NCBI GenBank assembly: GCA_035451285.1 | Contig: DAOTOJ010000001.1 | Span: forward strand, 28,924 to 87,673 | Source: Minisyncoccota bacterium | Lineage (GTDB): Bacteria; Patescibacteriota; Minisyncoccia; UBA6257; Brennerbacteraceae | Direction of reading: 5' to 3' | DNA length: 58,750 nt | Shown: in pieces, positions 15,719 to 24,461 of the stretch | Numbering within the stretch: the first letter of the stretch is position 1 | Layout: the number at the start of each line of letters is the position of its first letter | Program-made: the position numbers and the translations under genes | Notes under the pieces: generated by a model | Database searches by the model: none | The model's input: the letters and a program-made list of their open reading frames with translations, nothing else | Told to the model about the DNA's origin: nothing

Positions 15719-16834
15719 ATGAATGAAGATAATTTAACCTTATATCGCAAATATCGTCCCAAAACTTTTAAAGAATTTGTTAACCAAGAAGTTGTAAAAA
15801 GAACCCTTCAAAATTCTATTTTATTAAATAAAGTTTCCCATGCTTATCTTTTTGCTGGGCCAAAAGGAACTGGTAAAACTTCAATGGCTCGTTTATTTGC
15901 TAAAACAATTAATTGCTTAAAACCCCAAATTAAAAACGAAGAAATCGAACCTTGTAATAAATGCCAAAACTGTCTTGATTTTAATAGCTTAAAAGCAGTA
16001 GATTTAATAGAAATCGATGCGGCTTCTAATAGGGGAATAGAGGAAATGAGAGAGCTAAGGGAAGCTGTTAAATTTATGCCAGTTAAATCAAAATATAAAG
16101 TTTATATTATTGATGAGGCTCAAATGCTTACTAAAGAAGCCTTTAACGCTCTTTTAAAAACTTTAGAAGAACCGCCAAATTATATTGTTTTTATTTTAGC
16201 TACTACCGAAGTTGAAAAAATACCAGCTACTATTTTATCTCGAGTTCAGAGATTTGATTTTAGAAAACTAAGGCCAATAGAAATAGCTCAAAAATTAGAA
16301 GAAATTCAAAAACTAGAAAATATTAAAATTGAAAAACCAGCAATTACTTTGATTTCTCAATTAGCCAATGGGAGCATTCGCGATGCCCAAAGTATTTTAT
16401 CTCAATTAATAGCTTTTTCTTTTGACGACTTAATTACTTTAAAAGAAGTAGAACAAATTTTAGGAGCTATTAATTTTGAGAATTTAAAGCCTTTTTTATA
16501 TTCTTTAGCAAACAATGATTTAGAGAAATCTCTTAGTTTCATTAACGAAATTCAAGAAAAAGGTTATCAACTTTATGAAGTTTTAAGATTTTCTTTATCT
16601 CTTTTAGAAAAAATTTTAATTTTAAGCTTAAATAAAAATTATCAAGAGGAACTTATTAATGAATTCTCTCAAGAAGAAGTTTCTACTTTAGAAGAATTAG
16701 CCAATATTTTTGATTCTCGAAAATTAAAATTATTAATCAAGGAATTTTTAATTATTTTGCCACAAATTAAAAAAGCTTTTATTCCAACTTTGCCAATTGA
16801 AATGGCAATTATTGAAGTTTTAACAAAAGATTAA
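15719..16834 (+). CDS. dnaX: DNA polymerase III subunit gamma/tau (short form, domains I-III only)
   Basis: Walker A GPKGTGKTS, Zn module CNKCQNC, DEAQML box, and SRVQRF sensor motif. Only 371 aa. Confidence 0.9.
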   Translation: MNEDNLTLYRKYRPKTFKEFVNQEVVKRTLQNSILLNKVSHAYLFAGPKGTGKTSMARLFAKTINCLKPQIKNEEIEPCNKCQNCLDFNSLKAVDLIEIDAASNRGIEEMRELREAVKFMPVKSKYKVYIIDEAQMLTKEAFNALLKTLEEPPNYIVFILATTEVEKIPATILSRVQRFDFRKLRPIEIAQKLEEIQKLENIKIEKPAITLISQLANGSIRDAQSILSQLIAFSFDDLITLKEVEQILGAINFENLKPFLYSLANNDLEKSLSFINEIQEKGYQLYEVLRFSLSLLEKILILSLNKNYQEELINEFSQEEVSTLEELANIFDSRKLKLLIKEFLIILPQIKKAFIPTLPIEMAIIEVLTKD

Positions 16835-18169
16835 TTACTTATTTTTATTTAAAGTATTAATGTCTTGCTGATATTTTTCAGCTATAGCCATTACATTATC
16901 ACCATAAAAACTATATTTGGGATCCAAAGACCCAGAAAAATAGAGCATAGCTGCTTTCCACTCTGAATTAACATCGCCATTTTTCGCTCCGTTATCTTTT
17001 AAAAGCAAAGCTGCTGCCAGAAAAGAATCTCTTATATCCCAAGGATTAGGAGTTTTGCCTAAGATTGAAGAAAGTTTTGTTTTGTATAATTGCCAAGTTG
17101 AAGGAATAAATTGGGCCGGTCCCATTGCTCCTCCCCAACCAAAACTCATTGGACAAGAAACCTGAGTGCTATAAGGATCCAAACCTAATTCTTTAGTAAT
17201 TTGTAAAAATATTGGTACATCTCTTTTTGGATTCATTACTCTTTCAAATTTTCTACCAGTATTTTTGCCAACACCATCACCGGTTAAAGGATCTTTTAAA
17301 TAACATTGTCCAATGTTTTTGCCCAAATCAGATTCTTGGGTCAAAATTGCTAATAAAAAGGCAGGTCTTATTCCGGTTTGAGAAGAAGCCCAATTAGCCA
17401 CTTCTACCGCTTCTCCAAAAGAAATTTGCTTACCAACTCCCAATAATTCATAAATTCTATTTCTTATTTGTTCAGCTTTTTTCTTAGAATCAGCTAACAT
17501 TGCTTGATAAGCTGCTTCTTTTCCTTTAGTTTCTTCTAAAATTTTAGCTTGTTCATTAGCCTTTGAGGATAAGTCTTTTTGTTGCAGGGTTTTAATTGCT
17601 AAAAGGTTTTTAGCATCTTCTTGTTGAGCTTCGTATGATTGCTGTTGCTCTTGGTATTCAATTTTTATAATTTCTAAATTTTTTAAAAGTGAGGTTAAAT
17701 TATCGGATAAAGAATTTAAAGATTGTAATTCAAAGAATAAATCTGATAGGTTATTTTTTGAAAGTAAAGTTATCAATAGTGGTTGTTGCTCCTTTTCATC
17801 TAAAAGTTGAATATTTTGAGAAATTTGATTTTTAATTTCAGCTAGTTGTTTTTCTGTAGCTTGTAAAGAATTTCGAGTGTTTTCAATTTTAGTTTCTAAT
17901 TGAGAGATTTGTAAATTAGTTGATTTTATTTGAAGTTCAATTTTTGATTGCTCTTTTTTAAGCTGGTTAATTTTGTTGGTTAAAGTAGTTTTTTGACTTT
18001 GAGTTTGTTTTAGCTCTGCTTCATATTGAGCAATTTGGCGATTAATTTCCGCTAATTGTTGTTCAAGTTCTTCTTTGGTTTGAGAAAAAACAAAAGAAGG
18101 TTGTATAACATAGCTTAAAGCCATAATAACTATTAATAAAACCACTATAAATTTAGATCTATTTCTCAT
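16835..18169 (-). CDS. Secreted coiled-coil protein with a C-terminal lytic transglycosylase (MltB/SLT_2-like) domain
   Basis: Signal/TM segment followed by about 230 aa of Gln/Glu/Lys heptad-like sequence. The C-terminus has LTQESDLG (catalytic Glu context) and GAMGPAQFIPSTW. Confidence 0.7.
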   Translation of the reverse strand: MRNRSKFIVVLLIVIMALSYVIQPSFVFSQTKEELEQQLAEINRQIAQYEAELKQTQSQKTTLTNKINQLKKEQSKIELQIKSTNLQISQLETKIENTRNSLQATEKQLAEIKNQISQNIQLLDEKEQQPLLITLLSKNNLSDLFFELQSLNSLSDNLTSLLKNLEIIKIEYQEQQQSYEAQQEDAKNLLAIKTLQQKDLSSKANEQAKILEETKGKEAAYQAMLADSKKKAEQIRNRIYELLGVGKQISFGEAVEVANWASSQTGIRPAFLLAILTQESDLGKNIGQCYLKDPLTGDGVGKNTGRKFERVMNPKRDVPIFLQITKELGLDPYSTQVSCPMSFGWGGAMGPAQFIPSTWQLYKTKLSSILGKTPNPWDIRDSFLAAALLLKDNGAKNGDVNSEWKAAMLYFSGSLDPKYSFYGDNVMAIAEKYQQDINTLNKNK

Positions 18170-18288
18170 AGGATTATATTGTTTATTATAATATTTTTTT
18201 TGAAAATTTCAAATTTTTATTTATATAAGTTGATTTAATTTAGTTATAATTATAAAAATTATAATAATTTATAGGTTATTGATTATAC

Positions 18289-18318
18289 TTGATTTTTGGA
18301 CTTATTTTTTGTTATAAT
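18289..18318 (+). promoter_or_regulatory. Promoter candidate TTGATT-18-TATAAT upstream of rpsB
   Basis: TTGATT at 18289-18294 and TATAAT at 18313-18318. The background is AT-rich, so specificity is limited. Confidence 0.35.
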
Positions 18319-18334
18319 AAAAAAAGCATTTTAA

Positions 18335-19126
18335 ATGCCTTTTATTTTGCTAAATAATTTTATGGATAATTTAACCAACAATGAAATGATAGAAGAAATG
18401 ATTAAGATAGGCTTGGGTTGGGGAACCAGAAAGGCCTTTCTTCACCCCAAAATGAGAAAATATCTTTTAACCTATAAAGATGATTTAGGCATTATTAATT
18501 TAAACGAGAGTTTGAAAGAATGGGAAAAAACCTTTACTTATTTAGAAGACTTAATTTCTCAAAATAAAACTATTTTATTTGTAGCTACTCAGCCAGCTGC
18601 TAGAGAAATAGTTGAAGATTATGGTAAAAAATTAAATTTTCCCTATGTTAATGTACGATGGCTGGGTGGAACTTTGACAAACTTTGAAACCTTTAAAAAA
18701 AGATTAAAATCTTTAAAAGATTTAGAAGAAAAAACCAAAAGCGAGGAATTTTCAAAATATACTAAAAAGGAACAACTTTTAATGTTAAAAGAATTAGATA
18801 AAACCAGAGAAAAGTTTAATGGGCTTTTATCTTTAGAAAACTTACCAGATGCTTTGTTTATTTTTTGTGCTAAAAGGCATCGTAATGCAATTCATGAAGC
18901 CCAGAAAATGAATATTCCGATAATTGGAATTTTAGGATTAGAAGATAACCCTGATGGTTTTAAATACTTCATTCCTTTAAATGATAATACTAAACGCGGA
19001 ATTGAATTTATATTTTTTCAAATAGAAAAGCTTTATCAAAAACTTCAAGCGAATCAGTTAGCTAATAATCAAAATAATCAGGAAAAAGATCAAAACAAAC
19101 AAGAAGATGTATCAGCCAACAATTGA
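18335..19126 (+). CDS. rpsB: 30S ribosomal protein S2
   Basis: S2-like core (ILFVATQP, VNVRWLGGTLTNF, IPIIGI) and the conserved rpsB-tsf order. The N-terminal motif is divergent (GLGWGTRKAFLHPKM). An alternative start exists at the ATG at 18362. Confidence 0.85.
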   Translation: MPFILLNNFMDNLTNNEMIEEMIKIGLGWGTRKAFLHPKMRKYLLTYKDDLGIINLNESLKEWEKTFTYLEDLISQNKTILFVATQPAAREIVEDYGKKLNFPYVNVRWLGGTLTNFETFKKRLKSLKDLEEKTKSEEFSKYTKKEQLLMLKELDKTREKFNGLLSLENLPDALFIFCAKRHRNAIHEAQKMNIPIIGILGLEDNPDGFKYFIPLNDNTKRGIEFIFFQIEKLYQKLQANQLANNQNNQEKDQNKQEDVSANN

Positions 19127-19694
19127 AGAAATCAAAAAACTAAGGGAAATGACTTTAGCTCCAATTATGTCTTGTAAAGAGGCTTTAATTGAAGCTCAGG
19201 GTGATTTAGACGAAGCTCTAAAAATTTTAAGACAAAAAGGAATTTTTAAAGCTTCTTCTAAAGCTGAAAGGGAAGTAGGAGCTGGAATAATCGACTCTTA
19301 TATCCACAATGGCAGTCAAATTGGAGTTTTGTTGGAACTAAGAACTGAGACTGATTTTGTTGCCAGAAATGAAGAATTTAAAAAATTAGCTCATGAGCTT
19401 GGAGTTCAAATTGCTTCGATGAATCCAGCTTATATTGAAATTTCTAAAATTCCAGCGGAGGTAATAAATGAAAAAAAAGAAGAATTCTCTGAAAGTTTAA
19501 AAGCTATTAAAGATGAAAAAAAATTTGAGAAAGCTCTTGAAGGAAAGTTAAATTCCTGGTATGAAGAAGTTGTTTTGTTAGAACAAATATATTACAAAGA
19601 TCAAAATTTAAAAATCAAAGATTTAATAACTAACGCCATTGCAACTTTTGGAGAAAATATTAGAATTTCAAAATTCGCAAGATTTGAAATATGA
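19107..19694 (+). CDS. tsf: Elongation factor Ts (short form)
   Basis: N-terminal UBA-like motif IKKLREMTLAPIMSCKEALIEAQGDLDEALKILRQKG. It sits directly downstream of rpsB with a 20-nt overlap. Confidence 0.88.
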   Translation: MYQPTIEEIKKLREMTLAPIMSCKEALIEAQGDLDEALKILRQKGIFKASSKAEREVGAGIIDSYIHNGSQIGVLLELRTETDFVARNEEFKKLAHELGVQIASMNPAYIEISKIPAEVINEKKEEFSESLKAIKDEKKFEKALEGKLNSWYEEVVLLEQIYYKDQNLKIKDLITNAIATFGENIRISKFARFEI

Positions 19695-20305
19695 TTTTAA
19701 ATTTTTTACCTTTGATTTTAATTTTTATTGGTTTTGGTGGAGGTTTAATCTATTTAATTTTTAAGACTGTTTCCTTTAAACAAGAAGAATTGGCAGATTA
19801 CTCTAATGTTTTCATTGTTAAGATTTTTAATAGTTCAAAACAAGCTATTAAAAATTTTTTTGAAAATGCAACTTTTGATGATAAGCTAATTTTATGGCTT
19901 GAAAAAATGCTTCTAAGACTCAAAATTTTAGCGCTCAAAGTAGAGAACTGGTTGTCAAAACAGGTTGAAAATTTAAAAGAGAGAAGGATAAATAGTAAAA
20001 TTGATAACGATATTGAATATTGGCAAACCTTGCCTCAAAAAAATTTAGCAAAGAACTTTGACAAGTTATTTAAAAGTAAGTTATTTCAGAATGTTTTTGA
20101 TCCCGTCGATGAAGAACTGAAGCTAAAAAAAACTAAGAAAGCTGATTTTAATAGTTGGTTAACTCTTATCAATTATTATCTTTCCCGAAATAATTTTTCA
20201 GAAGCTCAAAGAATAATTATTTATCTTTGGGAAAGGGGAAATCTAGAAAACCAAAATTTAGTTTTAGAAGAAATTTTAGATAATAGAGTTCAAAAAGAAA
20301 ATTAA
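19691..20305 (+). CDS. Hypothetical membrane-anchored protein
   Basis: 204-aa ORF with an N-terminal TM helix and an ATGA overlap with tsf. No motif recognised. Confidence 0.55.
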   Translation: MILNFLPLILIFIGFGGGLIYLIFKTVSFKQEELADYSNVFIVKIFNSSKQAIKNFFENATFDDKLILWLEKMLLRLKILALKVENWLSKQVENLKERRINSKIDNDIEYWQTLPQKNLAKNFDKLFKSKLFQNVFDPVDEELKLKKTKKADFNSWLTLINYYLSRNNFSEAQRIIIYLWERGNLENQNLVLEEILDNRVQKEN

Positions 20306-20377
20306 GCCACCCTAGCTTAATGGTAGAGCAACGGTTTTGTAAACCGTAGGTTGTCGGTCCGAGTCCGACGGGTGGCT
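20306..20377 (+). tRNA. tRNA-Thr (anticodon UGU)
   Basis: Cloverleaf folded by hand. Acceptor GCCACCC/GGGTGGC, D arm GCTT..GAGC, anticodon stem ACGGT/ACCGT with loop TTTGTAA, and T arm GTCGG-TCCGAGT-CCGAC. No CCA is encoded. Confidence 0.9.
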
Positions 20378-20528
20378 CAAATTTACGCTAATATTTATTA
20401 TAATTAATAGCTTTTTTAAAAATCGATCTTCTAGCAATTGTATTTTTATACCAGTGGCTAAATTAATAGTTTTGAAAATTTGTTTATTATGATATTATAA
20501 ATTGTTTTTATTAATTTAATAAATATTT

Positions 20529-22979
20529 ATGAATATGAAAATAGCGAGTCGTGGTTTGACTTCCCAAGAAGCTCAAAAACTTCTAAAAAAATTTGGACCA
20601 AATGAGATTTTTAAATCTAAAAAAATAAATTTTTGGTCTATTTTTTGGGAAGAAGTTAAGGAACCAATGATCCTATTATTATTAGTGGTTGGTTTTTTTT
20701 ATTCTTGGTGGGGAGAATTGGAAGATGCCTTAACTATTTTAATAGTTATTGTGCTTTTGGTCTTAATTGAAGTTTTTAATGAATTTCGAGCAAAAAAAGC
20801 TATTTTTTCTCTTGAAAAAATAGCTGCTCCTAAAACTAAAGTTTTAAGAGATTCGCAAATTATCAGTATTGATAGCAAAGAAATTGTTCCTGGCGATATT
20901 TTAATTTTATCATTAGGAACAAAAATAGCAGCTGATGCTAAATTGATTAGAGCTTTAGATATTGAGATCGACGAATCGGCATTGACTGGAGAATCTAATC
21001 CCGTTTTTAAAAAGGAAGGAGATGAAATTTATGCTGGAACAATTGTAATAAAAGGCGAAGGAGAAGCTAAAACTATTAAAACCGGCAAATCAACAAAAAT
21101 GGGAGAAATCGTTGCTACCTTAAAAACCATAAAACCTCCTAAAACTAACCTTCAAATAATGATGAAAGATTTAGCTGGAAAATTGGTTTATGTTGCTTTG
21201 TTTTTTTCAGTTTTAGTTCCAGTAATTGGAATAATTAGGGGCAATGACATAAAAGAAATGATTTTAACTGGCTTATCTTTATCTTTTGCAGTGATTCCCG
21301 AAGAATTGCCAATTATTGTAACCATGGTTTTAGGATTAGGTGCTTACAGCCTTTCTAAAAACAACTTTTTAATAAAAAGTGTTAAATCAGCAGAAGTTTT
21401 AGGAAGTGCCACGGTAATTGTTACTGATAAAACAGGTACAATTACTACTGGTGATTTGAAAATCTCAAATGTTTTTCCATTAGAAAAAAGACAAGAGGTT
21501 CTTGAAAAAGCTGCTTTGACAATTTCTCCTTACTCGATTTCTAAATTAGAAAAAGCAATTTTAGACGAAACTGGGGATAAAATTTTAGAAAATTTTGAAA
21601 TTTATAGACAAAGAAATTTAACCAGTGAAACTAAGACTAAAGCCTTTATTCTAAAAAATAAAGATACGATTCTGGTAGTTTCTGGAGCCCCTGAAAAAAT
21701 ATTTGAAAAATGTAAAAAAATTGATAAAGATCTACGGTTAAAATTAGACGAAGAAGCTCAAAATGGTAAACGTTTAATAGCCGTAGCTTTTAAGAAACTG
21801 ACAGTCTCTCAAATAAATAAAAATTTTGAAGATTTAGAAAAAAATTTAGATTTAGTTGGTTTAATAAGTTTTGAAGATCCAATAAGAGAAGGAGTTAAAG
21901 ACACAATTGCTACTAGTAAGAAGGCTGGTATTAGAACAATTATGGTTACCGGAGATTATCCTCAGACAGCTAATTATGTAGCTCAACAAGTTGGAATTAA
22001 TAATTCTATAATTGTGTTAGGAGAGGAGGTTGAGAAAATGACAGCTGAAGAATTAAGGGAAATAGTTAAAAAAGTTTCTATTTTTGCTCGAACTACTCCC
22101 AATGATAAATATCGTATTGTCAAAGCCCTTCAAGAAAATGGAGAAGTAGTAGCCGTTACCGGAGATGGCATAAATGATGTTTTAGCTTTAAAGTCAGCAG
22201 ATATTGGAATTGCTATGGGAATTAAAGGCACTGATGTTGCTAGAGAAGCAGCTCAAATTGTTTTAGCTGATGATAATTATATAACTATTACTACTGGAAT
22301 TTTTGAAGGAAGAAAGTTTTTTGATAATTTAACTAAAGGTTTAAAATATTATTTAGCTGTTAAGTTAGCTTTAATTTTAATATTTCTTTTACCAGTAATT
22401 TTGGGAATAGCTTTACCGTTTTCCCCAATTCAAATTATTGTTTTAGAATTGTTTATGGATTTAGCTGCTTCGGCTGGTTTTGTTGCCGAGCCAAAAGAAA
22501 AAGGAATTTACAATCGTAAGCCAATAAAAAGTTTGAAATTATTAGATAAAAAAACAGTGGTAGATATAGTTTTCAAAGGCTTGATGTTATTTATAGCGGT
22601 TATTGGAGTTTATTTTTTTAGTTTAGCTAATAATTTATCAATTGAGATTTCAAGAACTTTAGCTTTCTCAACTTGGATTATTTCTCACGTTTTTTTGGCT
22701 TTTGTTTCTCGTTCAGATAGAGAAACTATTTTTTCTTTGGGAATCTTTAGTAATAAGGTAATGAATTATTGGGCTATTCTAGCAATTGCTTTTTTAATAG
22801 CAGCAACCCAAATTCCAGTTTTGGCAACGAGATTTAATATGGCGAATATTGATTTTTTTCTTCTTATTTTTCCCTTGTTAGCTTCTTTAATAATTTTAAT
22901 ACCTTTGATAGTTAAGAAGCATTTTGATTCCAATAAAAATAATATGGTTTTAGAAGGCAAGGCAATAAGCGGCAGTTGA
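20529..22979 (+). CDS. Cation-transporting P-type ATPase (type II, Ca2+/Mg2+-ATPase-like)
   Basis: TGES (ALTGESNPV), phosphorylation site DKTGTIT, TM4 PEELP, MVTGD, and TGDGINDVLAL hinge. 816 aa, with about 10 TM segments. Confidence 0.88.
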   Translation: MNMKIASRGLTSQEAQKLLKKFGPNEIFKSKKINFWSIFWEEVKEPMILLLLVVGFFYSWWGELEDALTILIVIVLLVLIEVFNEFRAKKAIFSLEKIAAPKTKVLRDSQIISIDSKEIVPGDILILSLGTKIAADAKLIRALDIEIDESALTGESNPVFKKEGDEIYAGTIVIKGEGEAKTIKTGKSTKMGEIVATLKTIKPPKTNLQIMMKDLAGKLVYVALFFSVLVPVIGIIRGNDIKEMILTGLSLSFAVIPEELPIIVTMVLGLGAYSLSKNNFLIKSVKSAEVLGSATVIVTDKTGTITTGDLKISNVFPLEKRQEVLEKAALTISPYSISKLEKAILDETGDKILENFEIYRQRNLTSETKTKAFILKNKDTILVVSGAPEKIFEKCKKIDKDLRLKLDEEAQNGKRLIAVAFKKLTVSQINKNFEDLEKNLDLVGLISFEDPIREGVKDTIATSKKAGIRTIMVTGDYPQTANYVAQQVGINNSIIVLGEEVEKMTAEELREIVKKVSIFARTTPNDKYRIVKALQENGEVVAVTGDGINDVLALKSADIGIAMGIKGTDVAREAAQIVLADDNYITITTGIFEGRKFFDNLTKGLKYYLAVKLALILIFLLPVILGIALPFSPIQIIVLELFMDLAASAGFVAEPKEKGIYNRKPIKSLKLLDKKTVVDIVFKGLMLFIAVIGVYFFSLANNLSIEISRTLAFSTWIISHVFLAFVSRSDRETIFSLGIFSNKVMNYWAILAIAFLIAATQIPVLATRFNMANIDFFLLIFPLLASLIILIPLIVKKHFDSNKNNMVLEGKAISGS

Positions 22980-23031
22980 TTTTTTTAAAATTAGTTTTAT
23001 AATTATTTTAATTAATAAATTAACAAAATAT

Positions 23032-23220
23032 ATGGACGAAGAACAAATGACAAATAATCAGCCAACCGAAATTCAAGAAACCCAACAAACTACCGAAAAC
23101 CCAACCGAGGTTAAAACAGAAGGTTCAGTTGCTGAATCTAAAAAGTCTAATAAAACTTTTTTGATTGCAGCAATAGTAATTGTTTTGGCTTTGGCAGCAG
23201 TTATTATTTGGGGTTTCTAA
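23032..23220 (+). CDS. Small tail-anchored membrane protein (hypothetical)
   Basis: 62-aa ORF with an acidic/polar N-terminal half and a C-terminal TM helix (FLIAAIVIVLALAAVIIWGF). Confidence 0.4.
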   Translation: MDEEQMTNNQPTEIQETQQTTENPTEVKTEGSVAESKKSNKTFLIAAIVIVLALAAVIIWGF

Positions 23221-23298
23221 TTGTATTTTAACCGGATTTTCCAGATTGATTCCTAAATCTTCTACGATTAATAGGAGATGATTTAAAATTATTTTTTT

Positions 23299-24381
23299 AT
23301 GGATAAGGAAGAAGTTAATCGTTCTCGAAGACCAATTGTTATAGCCTTTTTAATAGGAGCAACTATTTTATTTCTTCTAGTTTTTAAAGAAGTTGCAGCT
23401 CCCTTAACTTTAGCAGCTCTAATAGCTTTAATAATTCATCCTTTGTATTTAAAAATTGAAAAAATAGTTAAAAAAAAGAAAAGTTTAGCAGCAATTTTAA
23501 CTACTATTTTGGTTTGTCTTATTATTATAATTCCATTTTCTTTGTTGCTTTTTTATTCAATTAACGAAGCAGCTTTGATTTATAATGATATTAGTAATTT
23601 TATTTTAAATCTAAGCGATTCCAACCCTTTTGTTTTAAGAGTAGGGGGATTTTTAAAAAAATCAGGAATTAATCTTGATATTTCTAATCTAACTCAGAAT
23701 TTTATAGTACCTTTAATTAGTTCTTTAAATGTTAATCTGGCTAAATTTATTTCTTCTTTGGTTTCCAATGTTTCTGAATTTTTTATAGGATTATTTATTA
23801 GTTTAATTTCTATTTTTTACTTTTTAAGAGATGGAGACAAACTAATTGATTTAATAATTAAAATTTTGCCTTTTAGTAAGAACGAAAATAAGCAAATTTT
23901 AGATAAATCTTCTTTAATCTTAAAATCTGTTTTAATGGGTAATATTTTGACAGCTATTATTCAGGGAATAGTTGGGGGAATTGGTTTTGCGATTTTTAAT
24001 CTTCCCACGCCTATTTTTTGGGGAATGATTATGTTTATATCTGCCTTAATTCCTTTTGTTGGGCCAATGTTTGTTTATATCCCAACAGGGATTATAATGT
24101 TTATTTCAAATGGTAGGCTTGATTTGGCTATTTTATTTTTACTTTATAACTTCATAGTTACTTCTAGCGTTGATAATATTGTTAAGCCGTTAGTTATTAG
24201 TGGGAGAGTCAAAATAAATTCCTTAATTATTTTGATTTCGATTATTGGAGGAATCAAATTATGGGGAGCTTTAGGATTAGTTTATGGACCCTTAGTTGTT
24301 GCTTTACTATTAATAGCTTTAGATTTTTATTTAGAGAGAACGAAACAATTATCGTTATTTGAAGAAAAAAATGAAAGATAA
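23299..24381 (+). CDS. AI-2E family transporter (PerM/UPF0118)
   Basis: Polytopic membrane protein with the typical AI-2E C-terminal region (DNIVKPLVISGRVKINSLIILISIIGG..GLVYGPL). Confidence 0.8.
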   Translation: MDKEEVNRSRRPIVIAFLIGATILFLLVFKEVAAPLTLAALIALIIHPLYLKIEKIVKKKKSLAAILTTILVCLIIIIPFSLLLFYSINEAALIYNDISNFILNLSDSNPFVLRVGGFLKKSGINLDISNLTQNFIVPLISSLNVNLAKFISSLVSNVSEFFIGLFISLISIFYFLRDGDKLIDLIIKILPFSKNENKQILDKSSLILKSVLMGNILTAIIQGIVGGIGFAIFNLPTPIFWGMIMFISALIPFVGPMFVYIPTGIIMFISNGRLDLAILFLLYNFIVTSSVDNIVKPLVISGRVKINSLIILISIIGGIKLWGALGLVYGPLVVALLLIALDFYLERTKQLSLFEEKNER

Positions 24382-24457
24382 AATTAAAAAAGCAATTTTA
24401 ATTTTAATTATAGTTTTGACTATTGCTGGTTTGGTTTTGCCGGTTTTATTCTATTAA
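24371..24457 (+). CDS. Candidate 28-aa micro-ORF encoding a single TM peptide (MKDKIKKAILILIIVLTIAGLVLPVLFY)
   Basis: The ATG at 24371 overlaps the last codons of the AI-2E gene, and the stop at 24455-24457 lies 4 nt before the murE ATG. It is below the ORF-track size cut-off and has no homology support. Confidence 0.25.
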   Translation: MKDKIKKAILILIIVLTIAGLVLPVLFY

Positions 24458-24461
24458 TTAT

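Noticed and set aside
17212-17397. 61-aa + strand ORF inside the lytic transglycosylase gene.
   Set aside because: It is antisense to the conserved catalytic domain region and is a chance ORF.
19296-19306. DnaA-box-like sequence ATATCCACA (8 of 9 match to TTATCCACA).
   Set aside because: It is a single copy inside the tsf coding region, with no cluster of boxes, no AT-rich unwinding element context and no dnaA or dnaN nearby.
20378-20528. Possible genomic-island insertion next to tRNA-Thr, and likewise next to tRNA-Lys at 41310-41382.
   Set aside because: No integrase, no direct repeat of the tRNA 3' end and no compositional shift is visible downstream. The flanking genes (a P-type ATPase and murG) are ordinary chromosomal genes.
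22766-22960. 64-aa antisense ORF at the end of the P-type ATPase gene.
   Set aside because: It is nested antisense in the TM-rich 3' part of a supported gene.
23273-23286. AGGAG followed immediately by ATG-ATT-TAA, a possible SD plus mini-ORF or leader peptide upstream of the AI-2E transporter.
   Set aside because: There is zero spacing between the SD-like motif and the ATG, and the ORF has only two codons. In an AT-rich spacer this is most likely fortuitous.
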